Shown one piece after another: positions 1-11,939 of a stretch of 64,000 nt of DNA (the stretch's first letter is position 1; every line of letters begins with the position of its first letter). Position numbers and translations under genes: made by a program. Origin of the DNA: Hamiltosporidium tvaerminnensis FI-OER-3-3 (lineage: Eukaryota; Fungi; Microsporidia); assembly GCA_022605425.2 (NCBI GenBank), contig CM061247.1, positions 1,775,610 to 1,839,609 on the forward strand, written 5' to 3'. The notes beneath the pieces are model-generated. The model ran no database searches, was not told the origin of the DNA, and saw only the letters and a list, made by a program, of their open reading frames with translations.

Positions 1-505
1 ATAAATATAGATCTGCAAAATCTGGTTTATTCGAAATTCGCTCTATTCTTTTTTCCTTCTTTGTTAATTTTCTGTTACTTTTCATGTTTTCTTTCAGAAT
101 CAGAATAAAAAAATCTAAAATTATTAGAAATATAATTCCCATTATAATACCAGAGATCATAGTAAATCTTTTCGATTCCTTGATTGGTTTACTAAATATA
201 GCATTGTTGAGAATTCCATCATAAAAAATTCTTTTGGTTTTTATAATGTTATATCCTTCTGTTAAAATATGATCAGATTCAAATTTAGACATTTTCAACT
301 TCGGAAACGGGTTTTCATTCTTCATCATTTTTGCGTATCTTTTTCTTATTGAACGAAAAGATGCGTTTTCAGAAACACCAAACATTTCATAAAAAGTTTT
401 GAAATTTGTTTTGTTCTGTAATCTTTCTATACTTTTCAAAACAAATCCATAATTATCCTCCAAACAGTAGGTTGTAGAAGATATAAAATAGAGAAAATAT
501 AACAT
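1..505 (-). CDS. ER membrane J-domain-like protein (ERJ5/DNAJC1/DNAJC25-type architecture), runs off the window start
   Basis: Manual translation from the ATG at 505 stays open to position 1: MLYFLYFISSTTYC (signal-peptide-like), KTFYEMFGVSENASFRSIRKRYAKMMK (J-domain helices I-II), ILTEGYNIIKNQKNFYD (helices III-IV), a TM segment ISGIIMGIIFLIILDFFILIL and a basic tail. It is missing from the ORF track because the stop lies outside the window. Confidence 0.8.
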   Translation of the reverse strand, partial: MLYFLYFISSTTYCLEDNYGFVLKSIERLQNKTNFKTFYEMFGVSENASFRSIRKRYAKMMKNENPFPKLKMSKFESDHILTEGYNIIKTKRIFYDGILNNAIFSKPIKESKRFTMISGIIMGIIFLIILDFFILILKENMKSNRKLTKKEKRIERISNKPDFADLYL

Positions 506-513
506 AATTTTAT

Positions 514-526
514 GGGTAATAAATTT
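514..526 (-). promoter_or_regulatory. Microsporidian-type AAATTT + CCC start-proximal signal
   Basis: The minus strand reads AAATTTATTACCCATAAAATTATG, with CCC 8 nt upstream of the ATG and AAATTT just before it. This matches the CCC-like/AAATTT-like motifs described upstream of microsporidian start codons. Confidence 0.5.
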
Positions 527-1641
527 ATTTCCATTATAATAGATTTCATAATTTAAACGCAAGTATTAAACGCCAAATAAAATAATAAAAATCAAGGGGT
601 AAAGTGAATATATATGAGCGAGTTATGAATCTTCAGAAACGACGAAGTCGATTTATCTAAAAATGTTTGTTTGGTTTGTGAAGTAATAAACAAATAATAC
701 TGTCTCGATTATGAATGACTCCTATGTTTCGTTCATAAAACTTTACAATCCATAATAGTGTGTAAAAGTTGAATCTAAAAAATTTAAGACATTTGATGAA
801 GCAAAAAAATATATTCAGAATAATTTAAACATTTTTTTATATTATAGTTCATCACAATTAAACCAGCGGCGATAAATATGTTTATAATTTCTGATTTATA
901 TTTTAAAAATTAAGATCTAATGTAATATATCTAAAGGAATTTCTTTTTGAGCTTTTTTTTACTAATATTTAAAAATTTTCTGCAGAATTATGTTGTATTC
1001 ATAACTCGTTATATCATTACTAACAAAAAAAATAAAGGTAAAATGAGCCATGCGACTCAATTAGCAAGGATAAAATTATAGAGCTCGATTTTTTCCCCTT
1101 AAATCAAAAATTAGCGGAGAAACATATCTAAAAGGCCAAAAATTATTTCAAATTTTTACTGCCTTATAAAAACTTAGCATTACTTGAAATTACTCGACTA
1201 GTTTGAAGTAAAGTGTAAATTTAATGCAGTTACGGAGTTGAATCGAACAAAGTATCATTTTAAAATGATAGCATATGCTGATGTTTATTATAATAAAATC
1301 GAGATTTTTCTTTCTTTCTAAGCTTTGAGAAACAACATACAAAAAAGACGAGATTATAAATTTCTGAGACTGGTATTTTGAGTTTCGAGCAGCTTATTGG
1401 TGATGAATTTTCGCATTAAATTGAACAAAAAAGAGCATATTTTGGAAAAAAAATATCTTACAGAAGTATAAAATATAGAATCGATAATGATTAAAAGAGT
1501 GTAATCTCTCTTATTTATATTTTCTTTTATTTTTTACGTTTTATTATTTCTCCATCATTTTAAAAAAAGATTATTATAATGTTAATTAGATGAGAAATAA
1601 ATTAAAATAATACCAGGAATTCTTATTATTGTTTTTCATTC

Positions 1642-2364
1642 TGTCGAGGGAATATAACCACATAAAAAAATTTCTGCTTGTAATGAATACGTGAAACGGG
1701 TGTGAGGATCATTGTTTAGATTTTTGGTGGGAATAAAACCAAACTACCTCTTCGGTTGTTCCATGGAAGGTATGATGAAGAGGAGAGGTCAAAGAAACAG
1801 CGAAACTTTTTCTATAAATTTATTTGTAGTTTTTTATGTAACTAAATTGTAGACACACCATGAACATGTAGGTAATTGCCATGTAAAAGCATGGAAACCT
1901 AGCCTTGCTCACTCGGGTTAGAAGACTTAGCGCCTGGGAGATATAAAAATAAAAACAATTTAAAGCTGGGAGAGCTAAGTAACAGGTTATACCTGTTGGT
2001 ATGACATTGCACTGTCTAGGTGGACCCAATGTAAGTCTGAAATATATCTTAGCTAGAAGTTTCTTGGGTTCAGAAAGTTTAGAGTAAGTGGGAATGCTGC
2101 ATAGTCTTGGGAGGGCAGGGAGGTCTTCGGCCTTCGATCACACTCTATGCAACGGACATTAACGAACTCCGGGCAACAGCCTCGCCTAGTAATTAGGTTC
2201 TACACACCTGGTATATGAAAGGCTTTCGGACGTAGGTATCGCGGGGTTTACCGATGGAGTGTTGGTGTAACAGTCATTTATTTTAAACCCAGAACTGCGT
2301 TAATGTCATGCGAAAAATATAACTCTAACCACTGTTTTTAAAAAAGGTATATTTTTTAACTAAA
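1642..2364 (+). mobile_element. ~720 bp non-coding SINE-like retroposon, copy 1
   Basis: GC-richer island, colinear (roughly 85% by eye) with the reverse complement of 12931-13665. It starts TGTCGAGG and ends TTTTAACTAAA. No convincing ORF and no clear TSD on this copy. Confidence 0.7.
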
Positions 2365-4048
2365 AGCCATAATTATTTTTTTTAAAATAGAAAATATTGT
2401 CAAAAGCTTGATAATTTTGAAATAAAGAGCATAAAATAGATTCGATTACTGTTATTTCACTTTTGAATCTCCGTCTTACTATCTAAACATAAATTTCTTG
2501 ATTATTTTGTATAGCTATTTTATCAACTTTTTAGCAAATTTTAAGAAGCTAAGAGAGAAGCTATAACTATGTACTTACATATTCCTGTCCACTTTTACCT
2601 GTCGGTGTCGAGGATGAACAAATGAAAATTTCTATTTGTTTTTTAAATTGCTATACCCGAGTATTATAAGTAATCGACCGATAGTCCAGCGTGGTTAGTA
2701 TCCTATCAAAATTTAAACAATAATTTTCAAACATTATAGACAATCATTGCCAAACAGATAGTTTTAAATGTCGTTATACTCCTTTGACTTTTAACTATGT
2801 AAATAGCCTTAATTTATCTCGATTGTAATATTTTCGATGCTTCTTTTAACTAAAAAGCCACAAATTACTCCGTAGTGACTATGCACACGACAATTAATGC
2901 TTTTTTTGCCTTTCTGTGTGTATTTTATTTCTATATTTAATTATAGATGTATAAACAATTATTGTTGAATTTTTAAAGTAATTTTGTACCTGCTAAATTA
3001 AAAGTTTTGAATAAACAAAACTACTAACCTTTATAAGTATTAATTATCACAACATGATATCTCTAAAAGATCCTCTAAATTAATTGATCCCTGCAAAATG
3101 TAGACAGAATGGAATGAAAACAGATCGTAAAGTTAAATTAGCAAATAGGAAATAATGAGATAAAGCTGCTTAAAAATTAAATACCAATAAAAAAGGGTTG
3201 AAAATTTATGGTTATCAAAAATATCTTTAAATTATTGTAAAACCCTCAGATGTTGCTAAAGACAGGTTTGAAAGACTTAAAATACATTAGTAAGCAAGTT
3301 AGATAAAGCCTTAAAAGCCGGTTTTAACGATTTAGAACTCATGGGCTAGATAACTAAGCTTAAGATGACAAAACTATTTTCTTTTTATTTTTCTTCTCTT
3401 GAATGTAAAATTATGCACGTTTCTTTTAGCAAAAACACCAGTTTTCACAGCAGTAAATTAAAGAAATATCCTAAATACAATGAATAAAGTCGGCGAATTT
3501 TAATATTTGCAAATAAATTTCCAAAAGTCAGAATAAAAACAACCAATATTTAATAATTTTTTTTGTTGTATTTTTCATTTATATGCTATAAATTAAGTTG
3601 TTTCTTTATAAAAATAAGAAATAATACGCAAAAAGGATTAAATAAATTTTAAGTATGAGATTCAATATTTTTAGTCAATTATGGGAAAAAATTATATAAC
3701 ATAATCAAAATTAGGTTAAAGGTTTAATTTTAAAGGATTTCAACGATAAAATTGAAAAAATAAACAACTCTATCAAAAGAAGTATTCGAAGAACTAAAAA
3801 AACAATAAAATTTATCTAATTTGAATATATTAAAAAAATATTTTTAATTTGAAAGAAATGTCAAAATTATATATGACTGATATATTTAAAAGATCAAATG
3901 ATAAATTAAAAAAACTTTTTATGTAATTTATTACATCAAAGCAATCATTAAATAGCAAAAAAAGGAAAACTAATGACCTTCGCATTTAATCAAAGAATAA
4001 TTTACCTATTAGAGAATGTTCTTTATAACTGAAAATTAGGCAAATACC

Positions 4049-4618
4049 ATGAAACTTTATAACATTAATGAATGTCTTGAAAACAATCAAGAGAATATTC
4101 AAAATAGAAGAAAAATGTACTGGAAAACCAAAGAAGCACTTAGAAGAGCAGATCGAACCAAAATCGATCTAAAGAATATCGAAATGATAGAATTATTATT
4201 AAATATAGAAAAAAATGTATATTTTAAAGAAGAAAGACAAATAGAAACTTATCCAGAATTCATGCAGAGATGCAAAAGTAATTTTTTAAAAGACTTTATT
4301 TGCTGTAATAATATATTTACTGATTTCGATACGTATGTATTGCACGTTCAAAAATACCATCAAACGGAGATAGAAGCTAAAAATCAGTCTTCTATAAATA
4401 ATTACGAGAACTTTCAACTTTTGAATTACGATTTTTCCAACTTTCAAATACCAGAGTTAAATTTATTAAATGAGAAACCATATTTTGGAATCAAAAAACC
4501 ATATCCGTGTAAAGTAAAAGGTTGTTATAAAAGTTATAAAAATCCAAACGGATTAAAATATCACATGATTCATCATCATTCAAATATTTTAAAGGATCAA
4601 AAAGAAAATTACAGTTAA
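4049..4618 (+). CDS. SFP1: Sfp1-like C2H2 zinc finger transcription factor (short form)
   Basis: FLKDFICCNNIFTDFDTYVLHVQKYH and KPYPCKVKGCYKSYKNPNGLKYHMIHHH match the two characteristic Sfp1/JAZF1-family motifs (F.CC..L..L..H....H; KP..C.V.GC.K.YKN.NGLKYH). Confidence 0.8.
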   Translation: MKLYNINECLENNQENIQNRRKMYWKTKEALRRADRTKIDLKNIEMIELLLNIEKNVYFKEERQIETYPEFMQRCKSNFLKDFICCNNIFTDFDTYVLHVQKYHQTEIEAKNQSSINNYENFQLLNYDFSNFQIPELNLLNEKPYFGIKKPYPCKVKGCYKSYKNPNGLKYHMIHHHSNILKDQKENYS

Positions 4619-7600
4619 ATGATTAAAAATTTGTTATTATGATTTAAACTTTGTTTCTTTTTTGATATAGTTCCATCATTCTTAAAATTCTGATAATTTC
4701 ATGCAATTATCAGGAAAAACTTTATTTTTGACGCATTTTATCACATAATCTCGAATTATTAAGCAATCTTAACTTAACAATCCCTTTTAAATTATTAATT
4801 TTATCATTAAGATATCTATTTTTTGAAAAATATTTTAAATTTTATAATTTTTGTTGGATTCAACTCTTCAGAATACAAATAAAAACCAAATTTCTAATTT
4901 TTTTTTCCTAAATCGTTTATTTTCTAGTTTTGATCCACACCAAACCTTCGCAATTTCGCGCTTTGTATTTCATAGCTACACTCATGCGCGGCTTTTACAA
5001 TTATTTCATTACAATTGAGCTTTCTTCAAAAGTATTGACCGGAACAAACTAATTTAAATTCTTTATAATCGCGGCTCATTTCTGCTTTGCAAAGTAAAGC
5101 ATGTTTTTTTTGCTTTGAAACTATTTTCGATTTTTTATAAATTATATCTAAGCTTTATATTGGCTATTGAAGGTGCTTCTTTCATTATCTGTGAAATAAT
5201 AAAAAAAAGCTAGAGAAGATTTTTATTATTTAGGATAAGATATGAATCAACGATATGATACAATATGGCATAAAATTGCATAATTATACGCAATTTGCTT
5301 AAAAAAGTTTTACTTTGGCCTACATCAACAGCGAAAAAAAGACTTGCACTTCAGCGACTGTCAAATTCAAAGAAAGGCAATGGCTTCGTAACAAATCGAA
5401 GTAGTTACGAGTATCAAACAGAGGTTTCTAGCTTATCAATTAACCGAAATTTACTAGAAAATCATTCAATAAGATTAAAAAGTAATTCAGTAAGACACGA
5501 AAACATATAATCTGTGTTTTATGCAACAAACCCAAAGGGAATATTCTCCAAATGTCTGTATAGTTGGCGCCAAGTTGTGTTTAAGACGAGAACATCAAGA
5601 AAATGTACTAATAAAGATGGTCGTTCGTTTCCAAGAGCCTACCTATATTACTTATTTACGTAAGAAAACGCCGGAAAATACCATTTGAGAAATTTCAAGA
5701 TCTGTATCATTCCGAGCAGGTGTTATATATAAACGAAAATAAAATATTCCAAAAGAATAATTCATCGAACGACAATTTTTTGAGAATGTTACAAAACCGT
5801 GGTTTAGACGTTTATAGAGATTTCTTATTCTAATTATTGAATAACTGCTGTTGTATTTATGCACAGGCCGCCTCTATTCATCAGAGTTGAACTTTAGAGC
5901 CTTGGAGAATAGAAATCAAAAGCCATAACTATGTATTGTATGAGCAACAAAAAAGGTTAAAACCTTTAAAAACTTAATTAAGAATAATATATGCAGGAGT
6001 TAACCATTCCATAATACAAGGTAATTACTCTGATAAAAATACAATGATAAAGAAGCTACTAAACACAATTTGAACGTTAAGCGTAATTATGATTCTACAG
6101 AATTTTTACAATTAAGATTTCTCTTTGAACAATACCAGCTAATTTAATTATAAATCGTAAGGTTATTGGGGTTTTAGTAGCTTGCTCATGCAAAACACTT
6201 AAAAGCATTTCTTAAAATATATAGACAGTATGAAAAATCACAATTAGAAGATACTGACAGAGTTATATTATCGCGAGCTGGTTAAAATCATTTGGCAAAT
6301 TCAAAGCTACATTACAGCAGAAACGGTGCAAAGCGCAGAAATAATTCGTAGCAGTATTCGCAATAAATTCAAAGATTTTATATAGAAGAAGGAAAAAATA
6401 CTCCGATAGATAGCACAGGTACTGGTTCTGCCAAAAGAGAAGGTTTCGGGAATATGAACTGCTGTGAAATATTCAAAGATCTAGAGATTTCAGTTCATTA
6501 GAACGGTAAAAAAATCTCTTAACCGATAGAGTAACAAAATTAAGGGATCAATAAGCAGAAAAAACTTCCTGAAATTCGTGATGAGAGCATTTACCACACC
6601 TTAAAGAATTTCTCTACATCTTAATAAGATACAAAGCTGTTCAAAATAAAAATATGATTGGTATATGAGATCTAGAAATGAGTATATTTGAGTTCTGGAC
6701 CGTAAACCCGGAGTATATTAACCCTTAAAATAACGATTTCAAAAATTACAGAAATAGCGTCTGATGCTGAGCATAAAAATGTTTTTTTCAACGCTTACAC
6801 AGAATAAATCGAAAAAAATCAGCTCATTTATTAAATCTGGAATTCTTAGCTGTGCTTTATACTCTTAAGCCATTCTATAGATTATTGATTGTGTAAAAAA
6901 AATATTAAAGTAATATGCCAAAATCGCAATAGATATGCAATGAAATAATACAAAAAATAATTGATCGTTAGAATATCAGATATGTACCATTTCCCCTCTT
7001 TTTCAATAATTAAAACGATACGCGCGTAATACGGAACCAGAAAACATCTTTTCATGTTTAGAAGATCTAAAAATACATTTTTAAATTATAAATTTAACTA
7101 ACATATCCCAAATACGTGAATTTTCAATTATTAAAAATTAATTTACTTTTCACGAATTTGATAATTGAAATGAGGTCTGAAGCCAATTGCTCGCATTAAA
7201 CAAAAGTTTACTGATATCATAAAAGCACCATGTTACTATAAGTTTTAAAATACGATCTCCCACAAATATTGAAATAGTTTCAAGAACTAAAAAGGTATTA
7301 AACTTATAGATTTAATTATTACTAATAAGAAATAAAACAATACGGTTTTATATATTATGAAATACCTACTTGTCTGCTTCTCGTGCAAATTTAATTTTTC
7401 TTTAACTAAAAATATACCAAATTGTTTGTTTCGATATATTTCGGCGCTTGATTTATGTGTAATTTTATTTTTTTCTGATATAAAATGTAAATTAATAAAG
7501 TACAATAGCTACAACGAAAGTATATATTTATGCTTAATCCATTTATTATTTAGTTAGCGTGTTTTTAATTTCTAAAGAAATATTATCTCGCTGCCTTTTG

Positions 7601-8010
7601 ACTTAGAATTGTTTATCTGATCAAATATCAAAACCATTATAATTATATGTCATGATTTGATCGAAACGCAAAAGCTAGATATATTATATATAACCTTGAG
7701 ATGCTTTGGGTTAGAATCATAAATTTTTATATTAGTTGCTTGGTCTAAAATTCTTTAAAATTTATAAATAATATTCTCTTTCTTTAAAATTAAAGCTGAT
7801 AAAGTTTGACTGCATACTAAAAAATATTTTTACGGCGCAAAAATATAAATAATTTTATCATATTAATAGAATTATATTCATTGATTCATTCTACACAGAT
7901 AAAACAAACCTCGGGTGCTTAATAGTGGCAGCAAATCTTTTATTGACAATGCTATACTCAGTCCGGGTTTTAGTTTCTTTTTTAATCTTAATTTAAAAAC
8001 GTAAAATGTA

Positions 8011-9298
8011 TTTTTATTTAATAAAATTCTGGGTTAAAATATTTTTTAACATTTTTATATGTTTTCTTCTACCTCTTTAACCACTATTGTCTCTTCTTCC
8101 AAATCCGACTCTTCATTTATGTTATTGGTCGGTTCCTCTAAAGTGGTTCCTCCTTGTAAAATAAAGGGTGCTTTATATTTTAGTTTAAATTTTTTTGCAC
8201 CATCTTCCTCTGTTTTCGATTCTTTTAAAGATGGTATTGGTTCCTCATGCATCTCTGATCTCATAATAACACCCAATGACGCTCTCTCTCAGCTCTATTC
8301 GGCATTTAGTCCTGACTCAAGTCCTCTTCGTCGATCAAAGAAATTGTTTCGACTGTTTTATTAAGTACTATAGACTGAATGTATGCCTCTACATTCATGG
8401 GTATTTCTAGTCTTTTAAGATGAGATTTATGGTATTTTGTCACAATACCGTCCCAGGTCATCACATAAGGGATTATCTCAACACTACACTTATAAATAAG
8501 ACCTAACTCATTGGCTAGCAGATCATACTTCCAAAGTTTTTCAGTTTCAACTATTTGAAGTGAATCTTGGGAAGTGATTCCTACTTCAATGAGTGTTATC
8601 TTATTCTTCTTCTTATCTAAAATAAATATGTCGGGTCTGTTATTCCGAATTTTAACATCAGTTTTAATTCTGGTGTCCATTCTTATCTCTGCATACTCAT
8701 TATCAAGAATTTCTTTAACTGAGTTACTTCTAATTCGTTTTGAAGACTTAAACTTATATCTCTTTAAGAGAAGTAAATGTAGGCATCTAACCACTTCATT
8801 ATGCCGTCTGGTGTAGTCATGGCCTAGCATTTTTTCACATCGAGTTGCTTGATGATCTATAGTCTTACCAGATTTATTGCAATGTTGACCCACACCATCT
8901 GCTCCCCAGAATACATTTCTATCCTGAATATAGCAGAACACAGCTTCATTTCGTGGCCTAATATTCCCTCTCCTTAGCCATCTTGAAGAGTCACTAACAC
9001 TCACAAGCTCATTTTTTCTTGCATTATATAACTTTGAATGGAGTTTTCGTTTTTCTATTTGTTATATAGATTTGCAAGTTGAGCTTCTTCTAACCTTTTC
9101 TTAATGACTTCTTCTACCAACCTGTACTTTACATTTAAGAAGCCTGTAATTAGTGCAAGATGGGTTTTATTATTTTCTCCACCTTAAGGATTGCTGCTCG
9201 TCAGTTGATATTTCTTTACTTTTTTCCAGACAATCCAAGAGTTGCAGAAGCATATGTTCGCTTCGCAACTCAACACTATGTAGGCCTCTTCCAAGTTC
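8011..9298 (-). pseudogene. 5'-truncated, frameshifted copy of the R4/Dong-type element
   Basis: Aligns to 43836-45125, including the 3' UTR. ORFs 8306-9004 and 8055-8276 are pieces of the same C-terminus separated by a frameshift. The CCHC knuckle is mutated (VCQHC to VGQHC) and there are further indels near 9060-9200. No TSD seen. Confidence 0.92.
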
Positions 9299-11939
9299 AT
9301 CCATATATAATATCCATATTCTTATTTATCTTATGAATTTAGAAAGATCGGAAGAAAAACATTTGAACCTTTAGTTGCTAATCATAATTCCGACCAGAAT
9401 GGATGTATGTTTATTTTATTTCATGACACACAAGCTTTAGACAATAAAAGAATGAAATATTTGAAAACATAAATTTAAAAAGGGTCAATAAATGAAACAA
9501 TTTTTTTTTACTTTCTTTCTATCAAATGCATTTGTGTTTTATCGAAAAGAAAATGTATCAAATGCAATTGGCTCTTACTATATATACACATGTGAAAAAC
9601 TCACAGAAAAGAAAGAGCCAATACAGATATTGGAAAATATATAAAGATTATAGTTTTAGAATGAACATGATAAAAAAAGATTTTTCGTAGTGGATATTGC
9701 AGGATGCGGGTAATTTGATGTGATCGATCAGGGGTTAGGGTGTAGATGGTATTGAATGCCCTTTAAAGATTTTCGAAAATATTGCACGCAATTCTATTAG
9801 AGCGCTGTGTTTGCATGTACATTATTTTTTCCTTCAAACGCAAATTTTCTTTCCGGATACACAGCAGTTCTAAATTCAAAAAACCATACTGCAATTTAAT
9901 AGAGACAATTTATTTGAAACAAGGTAGAAGTTATTCTTGCGAAAATCATTTTTATTTAAATAAATATTTAAACGATAACTGTTATACTCATTTCATTGTA
10001 ATTTTTTTTCTATTTTTTCAGAAATTGTAATTCAAACTGTTCTTTGCTCTTATAGTTTTGAATTTTTTATTATTAGACAACATTCTATCAAGTTTTGCTA
10101 AGAAAAATTAAACGAATCAGCCTGAATATATAGACTGAATCAGGTTTTGCAGGTATCAAAATAAAAACTAATATAAAAAAATATTTAACGAACGACTTAT
10201 TAAAGTGTGTTTTTGATATTTTATTAAATGTTATACTTTAAATTGGTAACTAGAGCCCCTAGCTTCTAATTGTAAGATTAAATCTTTCTATTGTAATTTT
10301 ATAAAAAAATTTGAGTTGATCTATATTTTTTGTAAAATATAGATCATATATAAAATTATTTACGAATTCATTATAATATGCATAAGAAGATTGTAATATG
10401 TCACGCTACGAGAGACAGCAGCATATACAACAAATACATTTACGACGATTAAAATGATAATACTGTTCTTTAGGTAGGCGTGGTAATTCAGTTGAGCCTT
10501 TTAAACTTTAAAATATTCACAAAACTTGTTTTTTTGCTTTTTGAATAAATTTTGAAATAATTTTTAAATTAAATATGGCCCCCATTTTAATAAACAACTT
10601 CTAGACATAACATACCAAGATTAAGATCGATACATCTGAACGATTTTAATCATAAGTCTAAAATCAACTGGAACATAGAGATATCCCGAGAAGAATTTAA
10701 ATAAGAATGGTATGAATTTCTGTTTAAAAGTAGAAGAATGAAACTTTATTCAATTATAGACTTAAAAATTATGTCATTGTCAAGCTTAGAAAGGAATAAT
10801 TTTATCCAAAAAAATTCATTCATAATGAAATTAGATTTATTTGCAAAAAAAAGTCTTCTAACTAAATACTAAAAACTTTTTGAATTTGAACTTTTAGATA
10901 TAAAAAACTTTAAGTACTTTTTACTTTGATTTCAAATTAATATAATATGTTTGTATTCAAGGGTTTAGACGCTCGGGGATATTTTCTATTCTAAAAACGT
11001 AATCAATATGTAATTTGTCTTAAAGAAACCTGAATAGTAACATTTATTTTTTTATATGTTTCTTTGGCTTTTTAAATGGATTTCTCACACCAGGCCTTAT
11101 TGAATGCAGATATGATAACAAAAATGATTTGCCAGGATTAACTTCAGCATATCAAATAATTGGTTTAAAATCGCTTTTTGACGATCTTTAACTTGTTTGC
11201 AGAATGAATATAACAACTTTTAAAATCTTCTAAATCCATGAGACATTTCATGCTAAAAAGCTACTAATTCAAATTTTTTAACAAATTTGAAGCAGAAAGA
11301 CCATATAAAGTATTCTTTTATTTCCACGAAGCCAAACCAGCGTTCTTCTTCAGTAAAAAAGGTCAAGATATAAGTACGCATTCGAACATTAAATATATCT
11401 AAAGCACCTTTTGTTTTTTCGAAAAAAAAAAAGAATTTGAGAAAATTAGTTGCATTGCCACAAAGCGTTTTAAATATTTGTGATATTTTATTTTCAATCT
11501 TCTCATTAATCATAATCTATTCTTTTAGCTAGATTCTTGTTAATTATTTTTAAAACATAATACTTTCAAATGTAATTATCTTGGACAAGATTCCAATGTA
11601 TTTTGCTTGTTTAATTAGGTTTTCGCTTCATAAATCTAAAAACTTCATTTTCTTAGTGTTTTTATTGCCATATTATCTGATATGGATTTGTAATTTTTTA
11701 TGTTTTATTAAATACTGTTTATAATTGCTTCTTATATTCCTTTTCACTTTTATGTGTCTTGCCTCTATTTTTTTATATTTATTAAACTGTAATAAAAATT
11801 TGAGAGCTATTTAAGAGTAGAGCTTAGAAGAAAAAAAACAAAATGTAAACTTATAAGCATAGTATATTATTTACAGCCAACTGTGGTACTTGCACTGTTC
11901 TTTAGTATTGAATATTTTTCTTGAATTTAAATTTTTTCA

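Noticed and set aside
1642-2364. Solo LTR, telomerase RNA or known ribozyme
   Set aside because: Homology runs past the CCACT pseudo-terminus and the TSD of copy 2 is too long for an integrase. There is no CTAACCCT template, no CTGAnGA/GAAA core, and only fragmentary HDV or twister resemblance.
2606-2860. Internally deleted third copy of the SINE-like element
   Set aside because: Only the start (TGTCGAGG...AAAATTTCT) and end (TTTTAACTAAAA.GCCA) resemble copy 1. The middle does not align convincingly by eye.
4920-6650. Decayed transposase/integrase remnant
   Set aside because: Slightly raised GC and coding-like fragments, but no diagnostic motif could be reconstructed. It needs a translated search.
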